Assembly: GCA_951406725.2 (NCBI GenBank)
Contig: OX597816.1
Location: 76,322,001-76,386,000, forward strand
Reading direction: 5' to 3'
Length of the DNA stretch: 64,000 nt
From: Octopus vulgaris
Lineage: Eukaryota
Each line of letters begins with the position of its first letter. The stretch's first letter is position 1. The notes beneath the pieces were generated by a model. The model made no database searches. It worked only from the letters and a program-made list of their open reading frames with translations, and was not told the origin of the DNA. Positions 39,985 through 54,198 of this stretch are shown piece after piece. A program made the translations under genes and the position numbers.

Positions 39985-40282
39985 GAGCAAAACGTCCCCC
40001 CACCTTCCAATGGATGGTGCTGAGTTGTCAAACGTTTAACCTAAATTTTGAGAAACACTGATTTAACCAAAATTTTATACATATATAATTAAGGTAGGCA
40101 GCGGTTTAGCAATGTGTTACAGAAAAGTAAGACTAAAATGTTCATTAAACATGACTAAGGTTGTCAGAACACCTAAAATACTAGAAATAGGAGCTAAACC
40201 GCTCTAATGCTGCAGTCAACGGACGTAATTGCATACATACATACATACATACATACATACATACATACATACATTCATTCTG

Positions 40283-40430
40283 ATAGGTTACCTAGGAGTA
40301 ACTGTTGATAACGATTGCAGCTGGAATGCCCACGTCAACGATAAGGTCAATATAGCTCGTAGAAGGATGTCCTGGATCCTACTGTAAAGAACCTTCCAGT
40401 CAGGGTCATTCAAAAATAGGGCAGTTGATC
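40283..40430 (+). mobile_element. Small CR1-group LINE fragment
   Basis: YLGVTVDNDCSWNAHVNDKVNIARRRMSWILL*RTFQS parallels DLGIDMSND...WILRTF at 7675-7780. Confidence 0.65.
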
Positions 40431-40467
40431 CGTTATATATATATATATATATATATATATGAGCTGA

Positions 40468-40535
<68 letters not shown>

Positions 40536-42009
40536 ACACACACATACATTTTGACATATAACAGTATATACGGATAAAATTATTTTCAATTTCTCTGCAA
40601 GCTATATTGGAATTTAAGTGAATATAAATACACAAATACACCCGCAAATGTGTATGTGTGTGTGTATACATGTATATATGAGTATGTTTATGTGTGCGTG
40701 TGTGTCTATACATGTTTGCCGCACGTGTAGATACATGCACACACGCACACACATATCTACATAAGTGCGTAGATATATATGTGCGTGTTCCAGGTAAGTC
40801 ATCCTGAATCACTAAGTATGCAAATGTGCCTGTAACATCTGCACAAAATAATACTTTCTATTTATTTCTAAAAATTTCTCACAAAAATTGTAGTTTCGTT
40901 TATTCAACAGCAAATGCAATGCAAGCAAGACAGTTTTTAAGATCAATATATAGATATATATAAAGATCGAAGATGTAAATACCTACATATGTACACACAT
41001 GTAGATATACCTGAATATCTACATATATACCTATACATACATACATATATATGTGTGTGTGTATGTGTGTATGCGTATGTATATATATAGACGCACGCAC
41101 ACACACATATACACATACACACATACGTGCTCACGAGAATCAACAGCTATAATAGCAACTACAAAGTGAACATTCAAAAGATTGATATCTCCCATGGTTT
41201 TATTTGCAGCAGAAACAAAATTCTTTCTTTTAGTCAGACGCGTCTTGGGACATTAAGTTCAGGCCTCTTTTTGTTATCCTCAGGCATCAGCAGGTAGTTC
41301 ATTGCGCACACACTCGCACACATCTTCACATACGTTTTGCCATCCACCTGCACACGTACCCGCGCACACACACAAACTCACGGCCAGATTCACACAGACA
41401 ATCATCTACATATATTGTTAAAGACATACACTCGCACACAGCTGCATACATGCCTGCTTAGAGACATGCATGCGTACACAAAAACCCACGGGTCTTTTAT
41501 CATACTGAACTAGAACAAAATGTCCTGCGTACCTGCGCATGCGCACCACTCGGTTATAGTGGCGCGAGTGCATATTTGTTTTCACACATACAGTAGTAAA
41601 GTTCTTTATATAGGTCACTAAGTCCTGCAAGTTTATATGTCCTTAGTCCACGATCATATGATATACACATTGTACTTCGCAGAAAGTTGTGCTTTACATG
41701 TATCCAGCGTCTTTGCTCCAGGCATTATGTATCATGGATCAATCAATGTTCTGGCTGATTAGTGCACTAAGTTCATTCGCCAAGTTTATGGTAGTGATGA
41801 TATCAACCAGTATTCCACAGAATTTTGTCGACATGAGCAATACTGGTGTATATACGGAGTTAGATTGGATGAAGTTGAAGATGGTATAGTTATGAGAGTG
41901 TAATAAACTTATGCAAAAATTGTGAGTATTGCCACCATGTAAATTTAAAAGACAGCTGTGAACTGGCGTTCTCGTAGTTGTTAAAGTGATTTCCGATCTG
42001 GTTAATTTT

Positions 42010-42180
42010 TGGAATATTCTATTTCTATACTGTTCACAGTAGATCTCTATCTCTATCTCTTTCCGCTTATTGAGAAATCGTCCATTGTTGCTTAATATAA
42101 TCTCCAAACTGTCTGAATTAGTTAGTGGGCAGGGACGGAAAAATAGGATTAAAAATCTAGACGAATACCTGATAAACACT
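42010..42180 (-). mobile_element. Possible PLE endonuclease C-terminal remnant (Naiad/Chlamys-like)
   Basis: PCPLTNSDSLEII...FLNKRKEI...CEQYRNR loosely resembles C.LC..EKL.I...LNKRSE....CRH.NK. Confidence 0.3.
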
Positions 42181-42598
42181 CAGTAGGGATCAAACTAAAT
42201 AAATTATCCAGTGAGAGCCATTGTAATCCATGTCTGCCCTAAAATTACTTCCGGGTGGCTGTACAATTTGTAAATCCGGATTTGTAAACTCCAAATAATT
42301 TAGAGACAAATTTAGTGAAAAAAGTCACCAAGTACAAAAGCATAACACAGAGAATGGAGAATTATATATTGATTCACTCACGCGAGGAAGACGTTTCGTG
42401 ATTTAGCAATGTACGCAGATTAATCGATCAGATATTTGATCGACTGAGATACTACAGAGAATGTTAAATCTTAGAAACTTAGTCGATGAAATACGAGATC
42501 GATTAATAAATATGTGATTGCTGCATCGCAAAATGCGATCCTATCCGAAACGCGCGTAAGAAAATTAAAGAATGTATAATTCTCCATTCTTTCTGCTT

Positions 42599-42665
<67 letters not shown>

Positions 42666-42666
<1 letters not shown>

Positions 42667-43955
42667 GAGGGGCGTTCAATAAGTAATACCCCTGACCCAC
42701 TTCCCATAGCAGTAGAGCAACGAAACTTGGCACAGTTATTAGTCTTTTTCTACATAGGAACCACTCAGAGTTACACCTTTCTCCCATCGTTTGATGCAAC
42801 TCTGGAGACCGTTTTTGTAGAAGACCCCAGCTTGGTCCTCCAACCACGACGTGACTTCAGAAATCAAGGCTGCATCATCTGGGAAACGCTTTCCTTTCAA
42901 AAACAACTTCATGGCTAGGAAGAGGTAAAAATCAGAGGGTGCAAGGTCAGGAGAGTAGGGGGATGGGGGAGGAGTTCATAGCCGCACGCCTGTGCTTCTG
43001 ATCTAGCGATACGCGAGTTGTAGACCGGAGCGTTGTGCTGCAGGAGGAGGATGCCTTTGCTGATCTTGCCCCGCCTCTTGATTTTGATAGCTTCTCTTAA
43101 TTTCCTCAAAAGTGAAGCATAATAGGCTCCTGTAATTGTGGTACCCTTTGCCAGGAAATCTGTCATCACTACTCCGTCCTGGTCCCAGAAGACTGTGAGC
43201 ATGACCTTGCCAGCGAAGGGCTGCACCCTTGCCTTCTTTGGAGGAGGTGAGTCACGGAGCTTCCACTGCATTGACTGGGCTTTGGTCTCTGGATCATAGT
43301 GATGGACCCAGGTTTCATCCTGTGTAATCAGTCTTTTGAAAAAGTTTGACTCATATTCTTGGCACATCTCCAAATTCATCCTCGAGCACTCGACGCATTC
43401 TTGCTTCTGGAAAGGTGTGAGCAACCTGGGAATCCATCTGGCAGACACCTTTTGCATATGCAAATGGTCATGAATGATAGTTCCCACAGACCCGGTACTA
43501 AACTTGACCTCATGGGCTATTTGGCGAATAGTTATGCGTCGATCTTCGAAAATGGCAGCCTCAACTTGACGGACAGATGCCTCATCAATGGCAGAAGGGG
43601 GGTAACCAGATCTGGGAGCTGTTTCCACAGTTCCAACCATGTTTGAATTCACGATGCCAGCGTTTTACAAGGTCATATGATAGGGCATCATCACCATAAG
43701 TTACTTTCATTTCATCAAAAGTCTCCCGTGGTGTGCGTCCTTTTAAATACAAAAACCGGATCACTGCTCGTCACTCAACAGGCTTCATTTCACACTTGAC
43801 TCAGTTCAAACACCTCTATATCAGAAACCACAATTAGTTCAGAGCTGTAATTTGCCACTTAATCTATAGAGATATAAATAATTGCACATGTAAATTTTCA
43901 GCTAGATCAAACAACTGCAAGTGGGTCAGAGGCATTACTTATTGAACGCCCCTCG
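42666..43955 (-). mobile_element. Mariner DNA transposon, copy 2 (1290 bp, full length, TA on both sides)
   Basis: ~37-bp TIRs CGAGGGGCGTTCAATAAGTAAT(A/G)CC(C/T)CTGACCCACTT. Transposase is frameshifted: WIPRLLT, TQDETW, second catalytic D changed to H (LQHNAP), shift at HPP/YSPDL. Confidence 0.95.
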
Positions 43956-44031
43956 TATGTATGTGTGTGTGTGTGCGTGTGTGTGTGCATATTTACATGT
44001 ATATATACATATATATATATGTATGTATATG

Positions 44032-44089
<58 letters not shown>

Positions 44090-44193
44090 GTGTGTGTGTG
44101 TGTGTATGTGTTCAGAGAGATGGAGAGGCAGAGAGAGAGAAAGACTAAGAGTGACAGCGAGACAGAGAGAGAGAGAGAGGAAGAAGGAGAGCG

Positions 44194-44254
<61 letters not shown>

Positions 44255-44817
44255 GGCACAAACTTACGGTTCATTGGTCGATTCCATCAGCATTGCCTTT
44301 GCATCACCCTCAGTATTAACTGGAGTGACTTTATCACTAAAATCTAGGTCCTACAGCAGATGATTATCACCAGAGCTGAAGCTGCTCTGTTTAAGAGCTG
44401 GGCTCTGTTTAAGGGCAGGGTGGAGGCACATCCACTGCTCAATCTCACGAACTCTCTTCTGATCACTGTGACAGAGGGGGACGAAAGAAGTTGTACAATG
44501 ACACCTAAAAGTATCCCTTTGTCTCTGCCACACTGATAACCACCGGTGGTCTGTTCTTGCCACCGACCGTGAATCCTGGTCTCTCACTGTCCACTGAGCA
44601 ACAATTTCCTTTAAAGACAGCCGCAGGACAATCCTTAAAGACAAGGAAAACGGAAGGAAAAAAGGGCACTAGAATCAACCTCGATCAGCCTACCTTCCAA
44701 TGCAGCCTTGACTGTCCCGAGCCGACTCGTTGGGCATCAGCAAGGTTGTATCAAACTTATACATCCGCCTTCCGAAGCCAACACGCACACACAAGGAAAC
44801 ACACACACACACACACA

Positions 44818-44864
<47 letters not shown>

Positions 44865-44933
44865 CTATATATATATATATATATATATAAATCAAACGTA
44901 ACATAAGCGATATATATATATATATATATATAT

Positions 44934-45047
44934 GAAAATGAGAAAGTGTTTTACGTTTCGAGCCTACTCTCTTCAAAAGAAAGGAATAAGAGAAAATAAA
45001 CAGAGAGAATGATCAAATTATAGATTTCAGCAGTGCAGCATGGCCGA
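44934..45047 (-). mobile_element. Family A short repeat (partial)
   Basis: Reverse complement CCTTTCTTTTGAAGAGAGTAGGCTCGAAACGTAAAAC; inverted relative to 45420-45583. Confidence 0.7.
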
Positions 45048-45060
45048 TATATATATATAT

Positions 45061-45128
45061 ATCGCTTATGTTACATTTGATTTATATATATATATATATA
45101 TATATAAATCAAATGTAACATAAGCGAT
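45061..45128. repeat. Perfect (TA)n-centred palindrome
   Basis: ATCGCTTATGTTACATTTGATT(TA)nAATCAAATGTAACATAAGCGAT. A third half-copy lies at 44889-44911. Confidence 0.92.
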
Positions 45129-45158
45129 ATATATTTATATATATTTATATATATATAT

Positions 45159-45358
45159 GTGACCGTGTGTGTACCATTGGCGATTTTTTTCCTCTGTCTT
45201 CCCTTCTCTGGATCTTTCCTTCTCCTATGTTTCCAAACGAAGAGCTCTGCTCGAAACTTTAAACCCTCCTTCTTTCCTTCTTTCCTGAGCGTCCAATAAT
45301 ACTATATTTGTTCCACGTCCTCGCATTGTTGTGTTTTTCTGTGCTTTCTTGTTTGGAT

Positions 45359-45363
<5 letters not shown>
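45159..45363 (+). mobile_element. Family B HHR-bearing short repeat (PLE terminal repeat-like) between (TA)n tracts
   Basis: GTGACCGTGTGTGTACCATTGGCGATTTTT...GTTTCCAAACGAAGAGCTCTGCTCGAAACTTTAAACCC...CTGAGCGTCCAATAA; homologous to 54199 and 58283. Confidence 0.75.
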
Positions 45364-45419
<56 letters not shown>

Positions 45420-45422
<3 letters not shown>

Positions 45423-45583
45423 CCATGCTGGACCGCTGAAATCTACAATTTGTTTAATCTCTCTGTTTATTTTCTCTTATTCCTTTCTTTTGAAGAGGGT
45501 AGCCTCGAAACGTAAAAGACATTTTCATTTTTCCCTCCCGTCGAACTAATACACTTGCTTTTTGCTTTTTTATAGATTTCAAC
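45420..45583 (+). mobile_element. Family A short repeat
   Basis: CGCCATGCTGGACCGCTGAAATCTACAA...CTTTTGAAGAGGGTAGCCTCGAAACGTAAAAGAC...ACTAATACAC. Confidence 0.7.
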
Positions 45584-46644
45584 TATGTATATATATATGG
45601 ACTAGCACTTATGTATGTCATAATAAGATTTATATAATTTATTCAAGATGTTACCTCAACGTAACCACATAGATATTTGACAAGGAAAAAATGTTGTATA
45701 TGAAATATTTTTGCGGCTGCCTCTAACATTAAGCGAGTTATTGATGTATCAATAAATATCACCCAAATGAGTAAGAATCTTCATACTGTAATATACATCA
45801 AACAAGTACAAATAATTATGAATACATAAGCATGATAACTCAATATTATGAAGCCAGAAGCGTTAACACAACGAAGTTTTTCCCAGGGAGTAACAGTAAA
45901 ATGCAAATTTCCCAATAGAAGACCTATATTTAAAAGTTAGGAGAGATATAAAAAGACTAAGGAAGAGGGGGATTAATGATGATGAAATGAAAAAAGTAGT
46001 AGAAGAATAGTTGTGCGATCGATATCAAGAATATATAAGGAAAAGTGAGGGAGAGAAAGCTGTGGTGGGAGGGAACGACTACGAGAAAGAATGAAAAAGA
46101 AAAGAGAAAATAGTAAATAAGAGGTGAAAAGGGCAAATTCACTTGAAACTAGTCATAAGAAATCATAAATCAAAATGAGAGGATAATAGATAAAAGAAAG
46201 AAAGAAAGACAAAAAAAAAAGGAAGAAAGAAAGACAAAAAAAAAGGAAGAAGGCAGTTAGGCATCCCTTGCTAAAAGCTGGGAAATGATCTTGTGACACC
46301 TTTAATATACTACAAGCAACCAATTGTGTAGACCAGACAAGAGCGCAGATAAAAATGTAAAGAAATATGTAAATAGGAAGACAAAATGAAAAATATTAAT
46401 AGGAAAATTAGAAAATTAAAAGAAGCTATAAACAGATGATTATAGTTTAAAAAAAATATATTTTAATGTATCTATCTTATGGATATTAGGTTAAAATATA
46501 GGTTAATTGTTATCTAAGGGGATTGGACATATTGGTCTGTGATAAAGTGTAAACGATTTAAAGCATCAATATATGCAGAATGTAATTGCTTCAGGCTGTT
46601 TGTTAAGGAGAAGACATCTATTATCATTTAATATTCTAATGATG

Positions 46645-46850
46645 TGCAGGCAGAACCATTAGCACGTCGAGCAAAATGCTTAGTGGCACTTCGTCCGTCT
46701 TTACGTTCTGCGGTTGACTTTATCTTCCACGCTTTTGAAGTCAATAAAATAAGTATCAGTTGATCACTGGTGGTGGTGGTGGTGGGGGGCGATGCAATCA
46801 ACTTATCTTCTCCCACAAAATTGCTGGCCTTGTACCAACGAATATTTCAA
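46645..46850 (+). mobile_element. Meta-like SINE copy
   Basis: GGCAGAACCATTAGCACGTCGAGCAAAATGCTTAGTGGCACTTCGTCCGTCTTTACGTTCTG...GTCAATAAAATAAGTATCAG. Confidence 0.7.
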
Positions 46851-46859
46851 GGAAGTACC

Positions 46860-47460
46860 TGCTGAACAGATTGCATGTAGTGCGACAGCCTCGATAAAGT
46901 CTTTCAGTCCTAATAATTGACCTGCTAATGATATAAGGTATTTTATTAGTATGGGTATACTTTGGAAGATTTGAGGGTAACTTTTTTAATATGAAATGGT
47001 ATAAACTAAGTATCATCTTTTAGTGGAAAACCCAACGCATAATTTTGGTGCCAAGTATAATCAATGCACCAATAAATATTATATTGCAAGCAATGGTTAA
47101 CCAAAGGGTTATAGTTGGGTTATCTATAATTATTTCAACCACATGTTAAATAACCAGCAATAATGATCTTGTAAATATTTCTTTTCTTCTCCATAATATC
47201 AATTTCACTAATACTACTCATACAATTATTATCAAAATTTCCGTTATTCCTATTGTTACTCTTAAAAGGAATATATCTATCTGCGACCCCTTAACTATTG
47301 GAACAACTATTACTGCTTTTCTTACTACTATAATTAATACTGGTGGGACTCGTGAATATTTCACGGAATTAATAGTAAACTTTAGGATTATTCCTGAAAA
47401 CTTTAACCAAAACATTTGAAATCGTAGCCTGTGTTGTGTCTGTATCAAAAGCTTGAAAAG
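46860..47460 (-). mobile_element. Decayed PLE GIY-YIG region (Naiad/Chlamys-like)
   Basis: LPKY...KIPYIISRSIIRTERLYRGCRTTCNLFS resembles LSKY.W.LK...Y.I.W.I......Y..G...CNLC. Upstream frames contain HCLQYNI and KYSRVP. Confidence 0.45.
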
Positions 47461-50044
47461 TGAAGGAAATTGGAATACGATGATTACTTAATGCATTTTA
47501 TATACATACTTTATATACTTTATGCACAATTTTATAGACTTAATACACAGCACTCATAAAATAAATATTCACTCTTATTTTTCTATTTCTTCCATAGAAA
47601 GGGAGAAATATAATTTTCACAATTTCATATCTAGAAAACAAAAATTTATAGTAAAAAATATATCTTATATGTAAAATATAGGGATCACAAATTAGGGGGT
47701 AAAACATCACCCCTCTGTCAAAATTATATTCCTAACTCTCCTCTACATCATTACTTTCAACTAACTTTTTTAACTACGTAATAAATATTACGTTCATTCC
47801 ACCTCACGTCATGGACGCTTCTCTCACCCTATTTTTTCTATCTTCTTTTTTAAGCTTATATAAAAATACCATCACACACACACACACACACGTATATATA
47901 TATATATATATATGGTTTTCTTCGTAGGTAACCTAATTAAGCCAGGACAATGATTAGAGACACTGGTGTCTAGGTTTAGGATGTTCTGTCATATATATGT
48001 GTGTGTAGTAGATACGATCAGTTCAAGATTAATAATCAATATATATTTTATTTTAATTTGTTTGCATTGATTTGTTTCGCTTTGCTTCATTTCACATTTT
48101 CATTTTAATTCATTTTGCTGTATTCTTCCACTTCATTTGTATTTCCTCTTACCATTCATTAATCTTCCCTATCTTCATTTCATTTTATTTATCTCAAATC
48201 CAGCACTCTTCTTTACATCATTGCTTTAATGTAACTTATATATATATTTTTTTATTTGTCTTCATGCAACCCACCCGATTCCCTCATTCCTCTCGCCTTC
48301 CATCAGTAATTCGTATTTGAAGAAATGTGAGTTAATCACTGCGTGTGCGTCCGTCTAATTGAGTACATATATGCATAGAGAATCACTCAAAGTAAATGAG
48401 AGTATATTTATATGTACACACATACCCGTGTATGTAGAAAAGTAGGAATTTGAAGAACACAAGGATATATTAATATGAGGACTGCCAGAATCAAGCATGG
48501 TAACAGATACCATGGATATAGGTGTATCTATGATATAGGTGTATGTATGTGCATACACCTATATCCATGAATGGGCTGAAATATGCAGAGGATACATACG
48601 TTCTTTTGAATACATTCTCCGTGATTCTTGGTCTCTGTATGCGTGTATATGTGTGTATGTATACATATGGGTGTAGAGACCGTCACATTTAAACACGTGT
48701 GTACGTCTGTTTTTGTGTATTTGTGTGTGTGTGTGTACGTCTGTTTTTGTGTATTTGTGTGTGTGTGTGTGTGTGTGTGTGTTGCTTTGTATGTCTATGT
48801 GTGAAAAGCAATCCTGAACAACTGAAACAATTGCCCATATTGGAGTGAAAGTGAATATATATTTATACAAGTGGATGCATCACTGTACATTTTGTGTCCC
48901 AGTGTGTATGCATGCGCCTATTTCCATGCCATACTGTGAGTATGTGCCGATTCATGTGTTTGCGTCCATGAAGATACGTACATCAACCTACACTTGCCTG
49001 AAAGCAGGAAGACACGAATGTATACGCGGGACGAGAAATGCAAATGATGCCAGTGACATCATAGAAACTATTTCCCTTTTGAACAATTAACTGAAAGCTA
49101 GCATTTAACTCCTCTGCACTCCGTGCTCTTTGATCTCAGCGTATAACCTCAATGACATGCAACTGTTTAATATTGCTCGTGTCTATGCATTACTATTTGA
49201 CATTATTATATTTTTCACATTATCACAAAACTTTGAACTCCTTTACTTATGAATAAATCTTAACCAAATACCCGAAAAGTTTTCATCCTCTATTTTGTCA
49301 CTTTTTATATTTCCACATACACACTCCCGGCAAAGCAGAGACGAATCACCTGCTCAAACTCCAATGAAATAGGGTTACGCAAACATATATTAGACAAGAA
49401 CATAACTGCTTGTCTCAGCATCTAATCGGTGCCCAGGATCTTATTGAAATACACCAATATCCTGCTAGCAGTCTCCTTTAAATGATATAAATGTTTAACG
49501 CTTAGCTAATACTTATATTTCATTATCAGTAGTTCTTCTAAACACATTGTGCGAAGAAGCTGGACGTCTTTGGTTCCGGGATAGCTTCATGTTTGTCTTA
49601 TGTAATTATCACTTGACACGAGAAAAGGGTCTGTAGCCAAAAACGATTGCAAACTAATAAGTTTACTGTATTAAACGAGCGCAAACACAGACACACACAG
49701 ATATCCATGTGTTGTATGTTGGTAGGTACAACGATTACAAATACGCAATAAAGAACGGAATTATAAAAAAAAAATACTGTTTGCTATCTTTTTTTACTTG
49801 GATACTAGATGGCAGAGATAATTCTGGTTGGATTCTAATTGAACTTACTCACGAATACGTTTAACTGTAACTGATTATGTTGGAACCGAAACAGCAGTTA
49901 CTCTGTAAACGGAACACACATCCATAGTGTAATTAACCACCCACCCATCCATCCATCTGTCCGTCCGTCTGTCTGTCCGTCTGTCTGTCTGTCCGTCTGT
50001 CTGTCCGTCTGTCTGTCCGTCTGTCTTTCTCTCTATCTCAATAT

Positions 50045-50112
<68 letters not shown>

Positions 50113-50533
50113 TGTATGTATGTATGTATTGCCGCATTTTCATATATCATTCTTCTGTTGTTTCATTATTTTTCATACGTTTCTTTCCTATGTAACTTTA
50201 ACTTGATCTATGTCAATGAATGACAGTATTAGTAAATACGGGTACCTGACAGTGAGTATTTACAAACATATTATATAACGAATATCTGTACCTTTCGTAA
50301 GTAATACACATACAGTTATATATATATATATTTGTGTGTGTGTGTGTGTGTGTGTATCTGTGTGTGTGTACACTTATGTAATATATGCAAGGTTGTATGA
50401 ATACATATATATATACATACATACACACACACGTACACATATATACATACACATATGTACATATATATATATAGAGAGAGAGAGAGTGAGAGTGAGAGAG
50501 AGAGAGTGAGATAGATAGATAGATAGATACATT

Positions 50534-50600
<67 letters not shown>

Positions 50601-51706
50601 TTCTACTGCAAACGCATCTTTGTTTTCCACAATTCATGTCACATTCATAATGCGTTCTGACTTTATCTGTCATAGAATAGACAAATTCAGCTAGTCTTTA
50701 TCTAGTGTATGTAAAATCGTATTTCATGCTTTGTTTCTTTTTTAGCTCTTTTTTATATATTTCTGCTATTATTGCCTAAATATAGACACACGTGTCTGTG
50801 TGCACACTGAACATACATACACACACACACTATCTCTTTCTCACACACATACAGACACACGCACATACGCATACGCCCCCCCCACACACGCATATGCCCC
50901 TCCACCCCCTTGCTAACATATTTTCGTTTTTGATATTGCGCAATCGTATTCGTTTATATAATTTGCGCCTAAATAAATGATGGCAGTAGTGGCATGTTAT
51001 TAGCACACTCTGCAGTAGGTGGCAAAGGATCATGGTACTACAGCTGTAACTAATAAGATAAATAACACAAGTTTACGACCTGGTAATATACTTAATAATA
51101 TTCTTCTGGATTCTTACTCTTTTCATATTTGTGTGGTGTTATACAAAATTGTAGCTCTATTTACCTAATATTTTGTTATCTAATGTTACTTCTAAGAATG
51201 GGTAATAATGAGTTGTGATACTCCTTGTAAATTTATGGTCAAGTGACGAAAAACTGCCGTAAGATTTGACAGTTTCAGCAATGCAGTTAACAAATTCTAG
51301 TTTAGTTCAGAGTTTGTTGAATACATTGGATGTCTGAAATTCTGTTTACTAATCGCCAGTTTTGCAGTTTTGTGAACTATGACGACAAATTGGATTTGGT
51401 TTCTGTATTCATGCCTACACTTGCGGTATTGTGTAAGGCTAACGTTAAAAGCAGAGTCATAATTAAACATAATAACACTATCTATACCAGGTATGTTTAT
51501 GGCATATTCATTGTGGAAGATATGGACGAACAGTTCAAAAATAATTCTGTCCTTACATGTAAGATCCAGCTTCATTCAGACCACAGCAACAATCTTAGAT
51601 AGAAATGTAGCAATAAAGAATATAACAAAAGCACTTCAGTTTTGCTCACACTCTCACACAGACACACCCAAACACATAAAAAAATGCAGAGCAAATGCTT
51701 ATATAT

Positions 51707-51759
<53 letters not shown>

Positions 51760-52148
51760 ATCAGAATCGATATAAAATATCTGTCATAAAACTCTTGGAT
51801 TATCATCATAATTTTCATGAGCAAAAAATGTTTTACAACTAAATTAAATATATGATAATAATGGCCATGCAAACAGCAGCCATAGTGTGATTCATGAAGA
51901 GATTTTAAGGCTCTACGGATCGATACACCTACGCACACACAAACATGCACATGAACGGAGATCAAGCACTCATACAGAGACACACATAAATATTTGCGTC
52001 TGCGTGTGGGTGCTTACACACACACACATACATATACATAGAGGGAGAGAGAAATAAATTTACACTTACGCATAACTGCAGTTGAAACGCCCATACAAAG
52101 CCTCACATATATATATATACATACATATATGTGTGTGTTTGTGTGTGT

Positions 52149-52213
<65 letters not shown>

Positions 52214-53666
52214 TAAATTTTAAAATTACAATAAGGGTGTTGAATGATTACAATACCAGTCTACTAGAAAATAGACCCCAAATGGTCTATGAACCACTTA
52301 GATTATTACTCCACTACACAACGTTGTAAGCGAGGAAAATAGAAAACGAGGATTTATAAAATAATTTGGATAGTACCATATCTATAGATTTCATGGTTTG
52401 AGTTATTAAAAATCCTTTCCGATCAGCAGTGGCAACATACTGAACGTAAATAAATGAAAAATATATAATAGATATATAATATGTATAATATTATACATAA
52501 GCACAAATAATGTACATGCATCACAAATTTTAAATCCAAGTGCCTATTTCAGCAATGTGCTTATTTACTCAGAATAGTTCTGCAGTAAATATATATCTTT
52601 ATACGTAACTGTGTACAGTTTGAACACTACAGTATGTAGCGGTACACATAGATTATCATTATTCAGTCAGCTTCCTGTTTAGTGTTGAGTGTAATACTGT
52701 ACTTAGCAGTTTTACTAGTTCTAGGGTGATGAACCACTCACACTTTTCCAATGATGGAACTAGTGTTACATGGAATAGCGATATCCCCACTTGAACAATG
52801 CAGTATCCATATCTTCTGGGCAACTGTTTATCGTTTGTTGTCAATTTAACACATTGAGGTATACAGAGAATAGAATTCGTTTCAATCTCTAAATGATTGT
52901 CATGATAAAATTATATGTCTTTTGTACTCTTTGAGATTCAGTTTTTTTCCAACGCACAACAAACTATAAATATCTTGGCAAAATTAATCAGATGGCACAT
53001 ACGTTAGTTTTAGTAGTTGAGTATCTGAAACATCTGCAACAATGGAAAGCCAACATTGTCTTAGTTTCATATCAGTGCAAGGAAAAGAAAACTGTATTTG
53101 GGAACACTCAATATTCATTGTTCACCTGAAATTGTTACATTCACTCTTGAAGTGTTAGCAGTATCGAGGATGTGAAATCTTTCTGCTATGGTGTTGTGTC
53201 TTCGTTATCGTGAGAGTAGGTGATGAACAGAAATGCAAGTCTTCATATTGAAAGAAGGATGCACAAACACGCATTTTTGCATTTGTGTGTATGTGTGCGC
53301 GCGTGTGTGTGCATGTGCTGATGTTATTCAGCCTGGAGTAAAAAGTGGTACATTCGAACAGAAATAACCAGTAGCATTAATGCTTGGAGGAGTTAACGTT
53401 TCCTATCACATGTATATAAATAAGACGTTTATATAATATAAAGAATATTTGCCAACATAATTTGGCTGTCCTAAAAGAGACAATGTTACTGTTGTTTTAG
53501 CCCCAAGAAACAACGTTTCTAGCTGGCTATACGATTCCCGCCTAGCGCAAACCAACATATGTGGAGTAGTTTCTGTTATGGCTCTTTATTAACACAGAGT
53601 AACTGCTTTCACCGTTCGAACCTATAGTTTTCAAAGTGACACACAGTCACTGATCAAAAAATAAAA

Positions 53667-53833
53667 AATATTATTATTTCTAAATCTCTCAAAGAGAGAC
53701 ATTCAATAACAGTTCTTTAAAGTAAATGCTATATGCCCCTTTCGGGACAGCCATATTATGTTGGCAAATGGCCTTTATTTTAAAGAACTGTTCCTGAATG
53801 TCTCTCTTTGAGAGATTTAGAAATAATAATATT
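53667..53833. repeat. Inverted repeat with ~70-bp arms; the spacer is repeated in inverted form at 53446-53478
   Basis: AATATTATTATTTCTAAATCTCTCAAAGAGAGACATTCA / TGAATGTCTCTCTTTGAGAGATTTAGAAATAATAATATT. Confidence 0.9.
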
Positions 53834-54198
53834 CATAGTTATAGGTTTATTTGTATGCACTGTAAATCCGTATTATGTTTCTATGCACATATATTTTCGT
53901 ATGCACATTAAAAATCACGCAAAAATAAACACATACAAAAATACGAACACACACAGATAGAATGGGTAGGCAGACAGCCAGTTTGTCACATAACTCCAAA
54001 CAATAAGAAAGGAATATCCAATCTCAAGAATTGAATGAAATGGTATATGGAAGCTGAAAGATCATGAATCATTACTCTGAGTAACTCGGCACTAATACTT
54101 ACCTTTGTAATGTTTAAAAACGAGGAGAATGAAGCAAAAAGGAGAGGTGGGCATCATTAACATAGATTTCGTACCAGACATATGCATTGGTTATTAAT

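Noticed and set aside
42470-42560. GAAACGCGCGTA, a typical HHR 3' half
   Set aside because: No acceptable CUGANGA box or stem I upstream; at most a relic.
51297-51602. Overlapping 90-aa ORFs in unique sequence
   Set aside because: No recognisable domain or splice context; length compatible with chance.
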